A stretch of DNA of 53,156 bases from a virus, in the IMG/VR virus record IMGVR_UViG_3300009156_000038. One strand, given 5' to 3'. Below are positions 25,867 through 34,345 of the stretch, one piece after another. The number at the start of each line of letters is the position of its first letter. The first letter of the stretch is position 1. A program made the translations under genes and the position numbers. A model generated the notes under the pieces. That model had not been told where the DNA came from, did no database searches, and worked only from the letters and a program-made list of their open reading frames with translations.

Positions 25867-27600
25867 TTACACGACTGCGCAGGTGACCTCACGCTGGGCG
25901 CCGGTGTTACCGGACGGGCAGATCGGAACGGTGTAAACCCGGCTCAGCGGGCACATCCGCATCATCTTCCAACCGGTCTCTGTGAACAGCTGGGTCAGCT
26001 GGTTGGTGGCCAGCTTCACGCTGTCATATACCGCCGAAAGGGTGATAACGTCGGAAACCGCCCGAACCCACGTTCCCGCCGGGTAGACGAGGAACTTGAC
26101 ACCGGTCGGCAGCGCCGAGATCGCGGTGGCCGCACCCGGCCCGCCCTCCACTGGCGCACCCACGAGGTCCGTCGGGGCGAAGGCGTCCTGCCAGTCCATG
26201 ACCCACTGGGCGCGGGCACCGCGCAGCGTGAACCAGGACACGATCTGCGAATCGGTCAGCGCCATGTTGTCCATGTAGTCGCCGCCGTTGCGCCGGGAGA
26301 AGTCCGCGCGGAACTGGGCCAGCAGCCACCACGGGAGGATGACCTCCAGGGTCGCCGCCCGGCTCATCCGCAGCCGGTACTTGATGTCCACGATCGCCAG
26401 CTCGATGGCCGCCATCACCTGGGAGGCGACGGAGCCGTCGGATGCGAACGCCGGGGAGGCCGTGAGGTCCACTGCGGTGGAGTCCGCGACCATGGCCGCG
26501 ATCTGCAGCGAGTTGATCTGGTGCGCGGAGGCGACCATGGCGGCGCGCATCCACAGGGCCACGAACTCCGGGTACCCGCGGTTCTGCAGGATGTTGCCGG
26601 TGATGCACAGGCCCGTGACGCCGAGACGGTCGTCGATAAACGTGGGGCACGGGATCTCGATGCAGGTCTTCGTGGTACCCGCGATGACCTGGGCCTCGGT
26701 GAGGTTGAAGAACCCGGTGCCGCCGCCGAAGACGCCGGTGAAGTCGACACCCTGGTTGTGGCGGATGCCACCACGGCGGGCCTGGACCTCGGGGACGTCC
26801 AGGAGGCCGTCGATGACGCCCTGGAAGCAGGTGTCGTACAGCGTCTCGGACGGGGCGCACCAGCCCGCGGCGGCCACGAGACCGTCACGCAGCGGCTCGG
26901 TGACGGCCAGCTCCTGGCGCCGCTTCTCCACCTGGGCGATGAGACCGCCGGAACCGAACCGGCCGAACTCGTCGATCACCTTCGCCAGGACGGCGTCGTC
27001 CTCCTCCCGGTCGTAGACCGAGAACTCCTGCGGGTAGTCGCGGGTCAGGTAGGCGACCTGGTAGCTGATCGGCTCGCCGGAACCACCGGCACCGAGGGCC
27101 GCCAGGGATGCGAAGCTGTTGGTCTTGTTGACGAAAGCCTTGGCCAGGTCCCGCAGGTCCTTGAGCTCCGAGTCGGCCTGGAAGCCTTCGACGTTCGCCG
27201 CGGCGAACATGCGCCCGTAGACCGTCTTCTCGCCGGTGACGATCTCACCTTCGAGGACCGGGACATGCGGGGCGAGTTCGGCGATCGTGGGAGCCGAGAA
27301 CTCTTCCGGCTTCTCGACGACCGGCTCGATGGTCTCGATCGTCTCGACAGGGGTGGCCAGGACCGCGTGGCTGGCGAGCCGGTCGTTGGTGACGCCACGG
27401 CTGCGGATCTCGGCGGCAGCCGCATCCACGAAGCCCTTCAGGGCGTCCAGGTCGTCGGCCATCTGGTCGGTGCCCAGGCTCGAATCGGCCTTGAGGGAGG
27501 CTACGAGTGTGTTGTATTCGGTGGTCGCCTGGCTCGACATGGCGGTAAGCGCGGCGACCGTGAACAGCGACAGATCGCTGTCAGGGGTCTTGAAGATCAC
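25867..27600 (-). CDS. Major capsid protein with an N-terminal scaffold-like domain (~577 aa); start uncertain
   Basis: ORF 25867..27621. Coiled N-terminal third followed by a capsid-like core (GWCAPSETLYD...). GTG 27600 has GGAG 6 nt upstream. ATG 27540 and ATG 27621 are alternatives. Confidence 0.7.
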   Translation of the reverse strand: MIFKTPDSDLSLFTVAALTAMSSQATTEYNTLVASLKADSSLGTDQMADDLDALKGFVDAAAAEIRSRGVTNDRLASHAVLATPVETIETIEPVVEKPEEFSAPTIAELAPHVPVLEGEIVTGEKTVYGRMFAAANVEGFQADSELKDLRDLAKAFVNKTNSFASLAALGAGGSGEPISYQVAYLTRDYPQEFSVYDREEDDAVLAKVIDEFGRFGSGGLIAQVEKRRQELAVTEPLRDGLVAAAGWCAPSETLYDTCFQGVIDGLLDVPEVQARRGGIRHNQGVDFTGVFGGGTGFFNLTEAQVIAGTTKTCIEIPCPTFIDDRLGVTGLCITGNILQNRGYPEFVALWMRAAMVASAHQINSLQIAAMVADSTAVDLTASPAFASDGSVASQVMAAIELAIVDIKYRLRMSRAATLEVILPWWLLAQFRADFSRRNGGDYMDNMALTDSQIVSWFTLRGARAQWVMDWQDAFAPTDLVGAPVEGGPGAATAISALPTGVKFLVYPAGTWVRAVSDVITLSAVYDSVKLATNQLTQLFTETGWKMMRMCPLSRVYTVPICPSGNTGAQREVTCAVV

Positions 27601-27761
27601 GGAAAGCTCCAGGGGAAACATCGCTTGGACTGCGCGGCGTCAGCCTGTCCGCTGAAAGATGATCACGGCGGCGCCAGCCGGTCCCCTGATATGCCTAAGT
27701 TACCACAAGAAATATGCTTCGCAAGCTTCTGCCCGTTTCACCCCATACAATCAGACACCCG

Positions 27762-27968
27762 GTGGTGTATGATCCTCCGGTGGACAATTACGACGAACTA
27801 CTTACGCCAGGTGAAGTAGCCAAGCAGTTTCGGGTCGACCCGAAGACGGTGACCCGGTGGGCAGCGGCGGGCCGCATCAGCAGTATCCGTACCCCGGGCG
27901 GCCACCGGCGCTTCCGCAAGTCCGAAGTCACCGCACTCCTGGCAGGCAAAAGCCCCCAGAATCCGTGA
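27762..27968 (+). CDS. BldC-like / excisionase-family MerR-type HTH protein (68 aa)
   Basis: LLTPGEVAKQFRVDPKTVTRWAAAGRISSIRTPGGHRRFRKSEVTALLAG. TACAAT at 27746-27751 lies 10 nt before GTG 27762. It is on the opposite strand to the surrounding late genes. Codon GC3 is lower than in its neighbours. Confidence 0.75.
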   Translation: MVYDPPVDNYDELLTPGEVAKQFRVDPKTVTRWAAAGRISSIRTPGGHRRFRKSEVTALLAGKSPQNP

Positions 27969-27993
27969 TCCCGGGGGCCCGTGCACTGTCGGA

Positions 27994-28227
27994 TCATGGA
28001 GCCGGTCGGTACGTGCCCCCCACATTCCCGTCCCGGTCGGTGTCGTCGGCCCGCGACGCCGGGTTCATGACCCGCTGCCGGGCGGCGTCCAGGCCCACCA
28101 CGTCCTCATGGGTGCCGTTGAAGTAGAACACCCGGTACACGGTGTCGTCGCCGGGCGTCTCACGCCGCCCCAGAGCCGTCATCGGCGCAGGATCGGCGGC
28201 CTTCCCGCCGCACCCCGGTCCACACAT
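27994..28227 (-). CDS. Hypothetical protein (77 aa)
   Basis: ORF track. Strong RBS AGGAGG 8 nt upstream of ATG 28227. Confidence 0.6.
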   Translation of the reverse strand: MCGPGCGGKAADPAPMTALGRRETPGDDTVYRVFYFNGTHEDVVGLDAARQRVMNPASRADDTDRDGNVGGTYRPAP

Positions 28228-28239
28228 ATCCCATTCCTC

Positions 28240-31200
28240 CTAGATCAGGTGGGCGCCCAGGCGTACCTGGCGCGCTCGTAGTTCCTCGTGGGTCGGCAGC
28301 GGCTCATATCCCGACAGCCGGGCGATGCGCTGCTCCCGCCCCGAGTCCTCGCCACTGCAGCCGCAGTCCTGCGACTCCTCGGCCTCCTGGGCGGCCAGCT
28401 CCTCGGGACTGAATGTCACCCCGGCGATCAGGCCCATCTGCATCTCCTCCTCGAACCAGACGATCGGCCCGACAGGTCCCAGCTCCATGTCGACCGGTTC
28501 CCCGGTCGCCGACGCGACAATCGGGTACGCGGGACGATTCACACCCAATGCTGCCACAAGTTCCAGGTGCCCGTCGATCGGGTGCCAGTGACCTGATGCC
28601 GGGGTGCGGCGGATCTTCTGAGCCAGCGCCGGATCGTTGTCGGGGACCTGGACGCCGAAGAACACCGGACCGAACTCGTCCTCATACACCCGGCCCACCG
28701 CGGCCTCGGTACCGGTGTGCTCGTAGTGGGCCCGGACCTGGGCCGCGGTGATCCCCCGCCGGGTGGACCCGTGGTAGGCGTCGATGGTCAGCTTGCCTAC
28801 CTCCACCAGTTCCCCTTCAGCGGTGAGCTGCGTGCACACGTGGAAGTCCCGGTACCCCCGCCGGGACCGCGGGGGCTTCATGCAGATGTCCGGCCTGCCG
28901 ATCTGCAGACCCATGTGACAGGTGTCCCAGTCGGCCAGGTGGCCGTAGACCTCGTTGTATCCGTCGCGGGGCACCACGGTCATCTTCGTCTTGCGGGCCA
29001 GGCGCCGCTGGGCGAAAGCCGCTTTCGGCGGGTGGATCCCGTCGTAGCCGGACGCGACGAGGCCCGCCTGCGAGGTGTAGAGGCCGTCCAGGATCCGCCG
29101 GATCGAAGCCTTGTCCGATGCCGGGATGTCGGCCTGGTTGAGGCGTCCCTTGGCCGCGGTGACCGCGGCCCGGAAGACGGTGAGCTTCCCGTTGACGGGC
29201 ATCGCGATGGGGAACTTGTAGGCCGTCTTGTTCTCCCGGTTGGCCGCGTTGTACCACAGGAAGCCGCGGGCATACTTGGACATGTCGTCCCCGGCCCAGG
29301 CGTCCAGTGCGGCACGGGCGCGCCCCTCGTCCCAGGGTGCATCCGATGTGGGCAGCGAGGACCAGCCCGAGGTCCGCACCGCGAAGGTTTCGGTATCCAT
29401 GATGTCCGCCTTTGTTGCCTTCTGTGCCTTCTCTGCTGCCCGGTCCCAGCTGGCCTGGATGTTCGGATCGCCGAACTCGACGGCCAGCTTGGCGTAGATG
29501 TCCGAGATGACCGACCGCAGCCGGGCCTTGTCCGGGTCGGGGATGTTGGGCAACCCGCCGTGCCCGCCTTCCAGCAGGGCCGCGGCGGCGTAGATCGCGT
29601 GGTAGATCAGGTAGGGCTTGCCGTCGATGATGTCGCCCCACGGCAGCCGGTATCCGGCCCGGTCCAGCGGTGCCCCTTCTGGGTCGATCCAGAGGAACAT
29701 CTTGCGCATCTTGGACTCATCCGGCGAATCGCCACCGATGCCTGCATACAGTTCGATCCGGGACACCGCCTCATCGGCATCGAACTCGGCATCCCGGGGC
29801 GCCACCGGGGCACCCTTCCAACCGGCGGAGTTGACCGAAGCGAACTCACCTTCAGGGATCTCGACAACAAAAGGGATCGCCTGGGACCGGCCCCCGTCCT
29901 CCAGGGCCTGCGATGCCGCGGCCACCAGGGCATCCACCAGGTCGCCTTCAGCCACGGGCAGCCCTTCCGGGATGTACAGCGTCCCGGCATCGTCCTCCAC
30001 AGCCTCATCCACAGCCTCGGGATACTGCAGTTCCAGCCGCAGATCCGCGAACGCGGGGATCGAGACCAGGGTGGCTCCCCGGATCCGGCCCTCAGTGACC
30101 GCCAGCATCGTCTTGCCGCCGAACTCGACCGCGGTGCCAGTGAACGAATCCAGGTCTACGCTGGGACCCGCGACACCGTTCTCGACAAGATGGATCGCCT
30201 TGGTGACTTCGGGGATGACGTCCGGGTTCAGGAAGTAGCCTTCGCCGACGATCGCGGGCTTGCCCTGCCATTCGCCCTCATGGGCGTTGGTGATGGCTGC
30301 GACCGTGACGGCCGACTCGTGTCCCGGCATGCCTTTCTCCTGCCACCGCAGTGGCGCCGGGAACGACTGGTACGTCAGGGTGTCGGGGGGGAAGATGCGC
30401 CGGTCGCCGGTGGGCTTGCCGATGGGCGCGAGGGGGCCGCGCCAGGTGACCGGCGAGTAGGTGCCCATGGAGGCGACCAGGGCACCTAGGTCCTCGGCTC
30501 CCCGCAGCGGAATGTCGTAGTGGTCCCCGCCGAACGCGAGGCGCACCGTGTCAAAGGTTACAGGTCCGAGCCCGTCCACTAGTCCGCGGTGTTCGTCGAG
30601 ATCATCGGTGTACTTCGCGGTCACGTGGGCAGCGAAGGGCATGTGCTGGTCTGGCACCTTGGGCCCGTAGGTGTTGCCTGCCGCGTGCCGGATGGTGCGG
30701 TGCACCCGGTCCACGTCGGCACCGTCGATTCCGTAGACCAGCGCGGTGTCCTTGCCGTTGTCGCCGGGATTGAAGTACGCCAAAGCGAAGGCGTTCGCCC
30801 GTACGGGACCCTGGCTGCCCAGCGCCTTGGCCACCTCGGACGCCATCAGCAGCCGCTCCTGCGTGGACCATTCGACCGCATCGCCCAGGTAGGCCAAGGT
30901 GAGATGCAACTCCTCGACCGGCTCCCCGCCCTCCATGGCCAGACGCTTGGCGTCGTCGGCCGACGGGATCAAGGCGATCATGGCGCCGGTGTGGGTCTCG
31001 GCGGCGAACTCCTCCACGTCACCGTCGTGGGCGTTGCGGTCACCCGGGTACTTGCCGGTGGCCGCCTTGTGCAGGGTGTTGCACTCACCCTTCACCATGC
31101 GCTCGGGGACGTCGTGGCGGCGCAGGAACGCGACACAGCGGTCGAAATCGCCATGGGAGCCCCAGCCGATCTCGGCTGCCGCCTTCCCGTGCAGCAGGGA

Positions 31201-31248
31201 TTCCCGCAGTTGGGGCGGGATCCGGCTGACATCGAATTCCAGGGTCAT
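28240..31248 (-). CDS. Head maturation protease polyprotein with an embedded 2H-phosphoesterase-like domain (1002 aa)
   Basis: ATG 31248 overlaps the MuF stop (ATGA). HLTL and HVTA motifs lie about 93 residues apart (2H fold). They are followed by prohead-protease-like segments (TWRGPLAPIGKPTGDRRIF...; ...YGHLADWDTCH...). Confidence 0.75.
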   Translation of the reverse strand: MTLEFDVSRIPPQLRESLLHGKAAAEIGWGSHGDFDRCVAFLRRHDVPERMVKGECNTLHKAATGKYPGDRNAHDGDVEEFAAETHTGAMIALIPSADDAKRLAMEGGEPVEELHLTLAYLGDAVEWSTQERLLMASEVAKALGSQGPVRANAFALAYFNPGDNGKDTALVYGIDGADVDRVHRTIRHAAGNTYGPKVPDQHMPFAAHVTAKYTDDLDEHRGLVDGLGPVTFDTVRLAFGGDHYDIPLRGAEDLGALVASMGTYSPVTWRGPLAPIGKPTGDRRIFPPDTLTYQSFPAPLRWQEKGMPGHESAVTVAAITNAHEGEWQGKPAIVGEGYFLNPDVIPEVTKAIHLVENGVAGPSVDLDSFTGTAVEFGGKTMLAVTEGRIRGATLVSIPAFADLRLELQYPEAVDEAVEDDAGTLYIPEGLPVAEGDLVDALVAAASQALEDGGRSQAIPFVVEIPEGEFASVNSAGWKGAPVAPRDAEFDADEAVSRIELYAGIGGDSPDESKMRKMFLWIDPEGAPLDRAGYRLPWGDIIDGKPYLIYHAIYAAAALLEGGHGGLPNIPDPDKARLRSVISDIYAKLAVEFGDPNIQASWDRAAEKAQKATKADIMDTETFAVRTSGWSSLPTSDAPWDEGRARAALDAWAGDDMSKYARGFLWYNAANRENKTAYKFPIAMPVNGKLTVFRAAVTAAKGRLNQADIPASDKASIRRILDGLYTSQAGLVASGYDGIHPPKAAFAQRRLARKTKMTVVPRDGYNEVYGHLADWDTCHMGLQIGRPDICMKPPRSRRGYRDFHVCTQLTAEGELVEVGKLTIDAYHGSTRRGITAAQVRAHYEHTGTEAAVGRVYEDEFGPVFFGVQVPDNDPALAQKIRRTPASGHWHPIDGHLELVAALGVNRPAYPIVASATGEPVDMELGPVGPIVWFEEEMQMGLIAGVTFSPEELAAQEAEESQDCGCSGEDSGREQRIARLSGYEPLPTHEELRARQVRLGAHLI

Positions 31249-32045
31249 GCCGCCTCCGTGGTCGTCGCAGCGCATCGGCAATTTATCACCAAATGGGGCG
31301 GGGCGGATTTGTCGCCGGGCATCTGCATCGGGAACCCGCCCACGATGAACGGCTCCCGCAGGGGGCGCCGCTGCTTATCGGCCTGCTTGTGCTCCGCACG
31401 GACCCGGGTGTCGCCAGCCGCCAGCCACTCCTTGAGCAGAGGGTGCCCCAGGATCTGCTCGGTCTGGATCGCGGCTGCCATCCAACCGACGTTCGCAGCA
31501 CCGTTGACCTCGGTGACCGAGATGACCCGGGCCCTGGCGGGCCAGTTCTCGCTGCCGGTGACGGTGAGGACGTTCTCGATCCGGGCGGCGATCTCTTCCA
31601 GGTTCTCCCCCTCGTTGTGGCCGTCGATCACCTCGGCGATGATCTGCTGGTACGTCTCTTCCGGGATGCGTACCAGGTAGTTGGCCACCTGGGCCAGGTG
31701 GCCCACGACGAAGGCGTCGGTCGACGGATAGACCGGCAGGTCGACATCGGGGTGCTCACTGTCGAAACGGTCCCAGCCGTGCGGGGCCGCGTTACCGTCG
31801 AGCCACGCGACCAGCTTCTTCACTTCCCTGTCCCACAGGGGCACCGTCGACCAGAGGGCGGAAACGTCCGGTGCCTGCCGGAACCGGCGCCACGGGGTGA
31901 GGATCTTCGCGGAGACCGCAGCCAGCCACGCAGTGATCGCAGCCAGGACCAGGGCATAGAACGCAGCCTCCAGGGGCGTCAGCGTCTCATCGACCACCGG
32001 TTCCGGTGGCTGGGTCACATCCTCGGGTGGGATCGGCTCGGTCAC
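31245..32045 (-). CDS. MuF-like (SPP1 gp7 family) minor head protein (266 aa)
   Basis: Position after the portal gene. C-terminal DTRVRAEHKQ...PFIVGG...INCRC pattern. GTGA overlap with the portal stop. Confidence 0.75.
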   Translation of the reverse strand: MTEPIPPEDVTQPPEPVVDETLTPLEAAFYALVLAAITAWLAAVSAKILTPWRRFRQAPDVSALWSTVPLWDREVKKLVAWLDGNAAPHGWDRFDSEHPDVDLPVYPSTDAFVVGHLAQVANYLVRIPEETYQQIIAEVIDGHNEGENLEEIAARIENVLTVTGSENWPARARVISVTEVNGAANVGWMAAAIQTEQILGHPLLKEWLAAGDTRVRAEHKQADKQRRPLREPFIVGGFPMQMPGDKSAPPHLVINCRCAATTTEAA

Positions 32046-33958
32046 AGCAGCCCCGCATTGGCCAGCCAGCCCCGCATGACCCGGACCTGGTGGGGCCGGG
32101 CACCGTCTTCACCGAGCATCCGGTCCACGCAGTACGCGGACAGGGTGTCGCGCAGGAGCCCCACGTCGCCGCGGCGTCCCAGGTTCTCCATCAGGGGATC
32201 CAGGTACTGCCAGCCGCTGGCCAGCAGGGCCCTGGCATGGTCGGCGTTGTCGGGACGCAGGTGCAGGTACACCTCGTCGTGGGACACCTTGGCGAACTGG
32301 CCCCCGCCGGGCCTGCGCAGCAGGGCCTTACCGGCCCGCTCCAGGGCCTGGCGGCAGGCGGCGTCCGCGGCCACGATCAGGGCCAGCTCCTGCGGGGACG
32401 TCATCGCCGCGGTCACCGGTGACGGGTTGCCCTGCGGGTTGCCGGGACGGGTGGACTCGTCGGGGGTGGCACTGGGGCCGGTCGGCGGCTTCAGGGTGCG
32501 TTCCGGTGGCGGCGGCGACGGTGCCCGGCCAGCGATCCCCGGCTGCTGGTCCTGTCCCGGCATCTGGCCGTCGGGCACGATGTCGGTGATCGAGGTCAGA
32601 CCGGCGATCTCGCGCAGCTTCGGGATCAGGATCAGGTTGCTGTCGGACAGCAGAAGCTTCGTGGCCAGGTCCCGTTCCCGCTCCTTCTGGCTGATGGCGG
32701 CCGACGGGGGCAGGTCCGCGGCGATCAGGACCTGGTCGTCGCCGACGACACCCAGCTCCCGCAGCTTCATGGTCTCCTGCAGCCGCTGGGGCCGGATGGT
32801 CAGGCCCGACAGGTCGAACCAGTACTTGTACTTCTTCGGGTTCTTGTTGCGGGAGGTCAGGGCGGGCTTCAGGTACACCTGGGTCGCGGCGTTGCAGATG
32901 CGCGCCATGATCGGGCGCACCACGTTCTCCACCGTGTCCGCGGTCATCGAGAACATGTTCCACCCGGTGGCCTCGCCCATGCCGGTGACGATCTCGGGGG
33001 CGATGTCCATCCCGGCCGCCAGGCGCTCACGCAGCTCCTTGCGCAGGTCCATGGCTTCTTTGGACAGTTCGGAGCCGAAGGTGATCGGGGGCTTGATCTT
33101 GTCGAAGACTTTTTCCGGCATTTCCACGATCATGGGCAGCACCTGGGATGCCGACCCGAACGCCTTCATGTTCTTCTCGCCCGCGTCGAGCATCCGCTTC
33201 ATCAAGGATTCGCCGTTGACCGGGTCGGTGTCCTTCGTTGGGTAGTCCACGCCGGTGGGCCAGATCCAGACCCCGGCGGAAGCCAGGCGGCTGCGGGCCT
33301 GGGCCAGGATGTACTGGGTCAGGATCTCCAGTTCCACCAGGACCATCTGCAGGGACCGGCCCGGCGAGTCCGAACAGTGGGTCCGGTAGGGGTGCGGGGT
33401 CCAGCAGCGGTAGAGGATGTCGCGCCCTTCCTCCAGGCGGTAGGTGCGCCGCCCGTCGAAGAACTCGTAGACCTCCGGGTTGTCTTCCGTGGTGGACAGG
33501 ACCTCAGTGGCGTTGGTGGCGACCGCGGTCTCGATCCGCTTCAGCTCGTTACGCGATACTGCGTACCATTTGTCGGACTCTTCGGCATTGAAGCCGAGGA
33601 CCCAGAACTCGCCCGACACCATGAGGTTGACGCCCATGAGGCGCAACAGGTCGGCTTGGCGCTCGGGTCCCCCGAACAGGCTGTAGGCCAAGCCTGCAAT
33701 CGACTTCTCCTTGACCTCCTGCTGCACCTGTCCCGCGTCGTCGACCTCGGCCACGTAGACGCGCACCCGGCTGCAGGCGCTGCCGACCCAGTTCGCGGCC
33801 CGGGAGAATTCGGGCACCACGTCATAGAGGCGCCAGATCTCCGTCATCCAGGCTTCGTCGGTGGACAGGTACTTGTTCCACAGAGGCTCAGCGAAGGATG
33901 CGCTCATGGCGGAGGCGATGAGACCCCGTAGCGCGACCGGTTCCTTCTTGCGACCCAT
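32042..33958 (-). CDS. Portal protein (638 aa)
   Basis: Size and position between the terminase and the MuF-like gene. RBS GAGGG. Confidence 0.8.
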   Translation of the reverse strand: MGRKKEPVALRGLIASAMSASFAEPLWNKYLSTDEAWMTEIWRLYDVVPEFSRAANWVGSACSRVRVYVAEVDDAGQVQQEVKEKSIAGLAYSLFGGPERQADLLRLMGVNLMVSGEFWVLGFNAEESDKWYAVSRNELKRIETAVATNATEVLSTTEDNPEVYEFFDGRRTYRLEEGRDILYRCWTPHPYRTHCSDSPGRSLQMVLVELEILTQYILAQARSRLASAGVWIWPTGVDYPTKDTDPVNGESLMKRMLDAGEKNMKAFGSASQVLPMIVEMPEKVFDKIKPPITFGSELSKEAMDLRKELRERLAAGMDIAPEIVTGMGEATGWNMFSMTADTVENVVRPIMARICNAATQVYLKPALTSRNKNPKKYKYWFDLSGLTIRPQRLQETMKLRELGVVGDDQVLIAADLPPSAAISQKERERDLATKLLLSDSNLILIPKLREIAGLTSITDIVPDGQMPGQDQQPGIAGRAPSPPPPERTLKPPTGPSATPDESTRPGNPQGNPSPVTAAMTSPQELALIVAADAACRQALERAGKALLRRPGGGQFAKVSHDEVYLHLRPDNADHARALLASGWQYLDPLMENLGRRGDVGLLRDTLSAYCVDRMLGEDGARPHQVRVMRGWLANAGLL

Positions 33959-33978
33959 TTATTCAGCCCTCACCCGCA

Positions 33979-34305
33979 TCAGATGCTTCCGTGGTGATGA
34001 TTAAGGCGCCCCCCGGCATGGGCCACAGCCAGGACCGCGAGGGGGAACAGCCACCACAGGCGCATACCGACCACCGGGAACCAGGCCACCGGGGTCACCA
34101 CCAACAGTGATGTCCAGAATCCGCAGCACCAGGGGCAGGTCCCCCAGCGGACAAGCCAGTGCCGGGTGCCGTACTTGCGGCTGGCCCAGGTGCGCCAGAA
34201 TTGGGTGATGTCGTCTTCGGCGATGATCCGGGCCACCCGGGCGTTGGCGCCCATGGCGACCGCGACACTGAAAGCCAGGAGCACGATGGTTACAAGATCT
34301 GGCAC
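33979..34305 (-). CDS. DUF1360-like integral membrane protein (108 aa)
   Basis: Three hydrophobic helices and a GTCPWCCGFW motif. Inserted between the terminase and portal genes. Confidence 0.65.
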   Translation of the reverse strand: MPDLVTIVLLAFSVAVAMGANARVARIIAEDDITQFWRTWASRKYGTRHWLVRWGTCPWCCGFWTSLLVVTPVAWFPVVGMRLWWLFPLAVLAVAHAGGRLNHHHGSI

Positions 34306-34345
34306 AGGTACAGATTAGCGGAAAAACGGGCACTTGTCGCAATGC

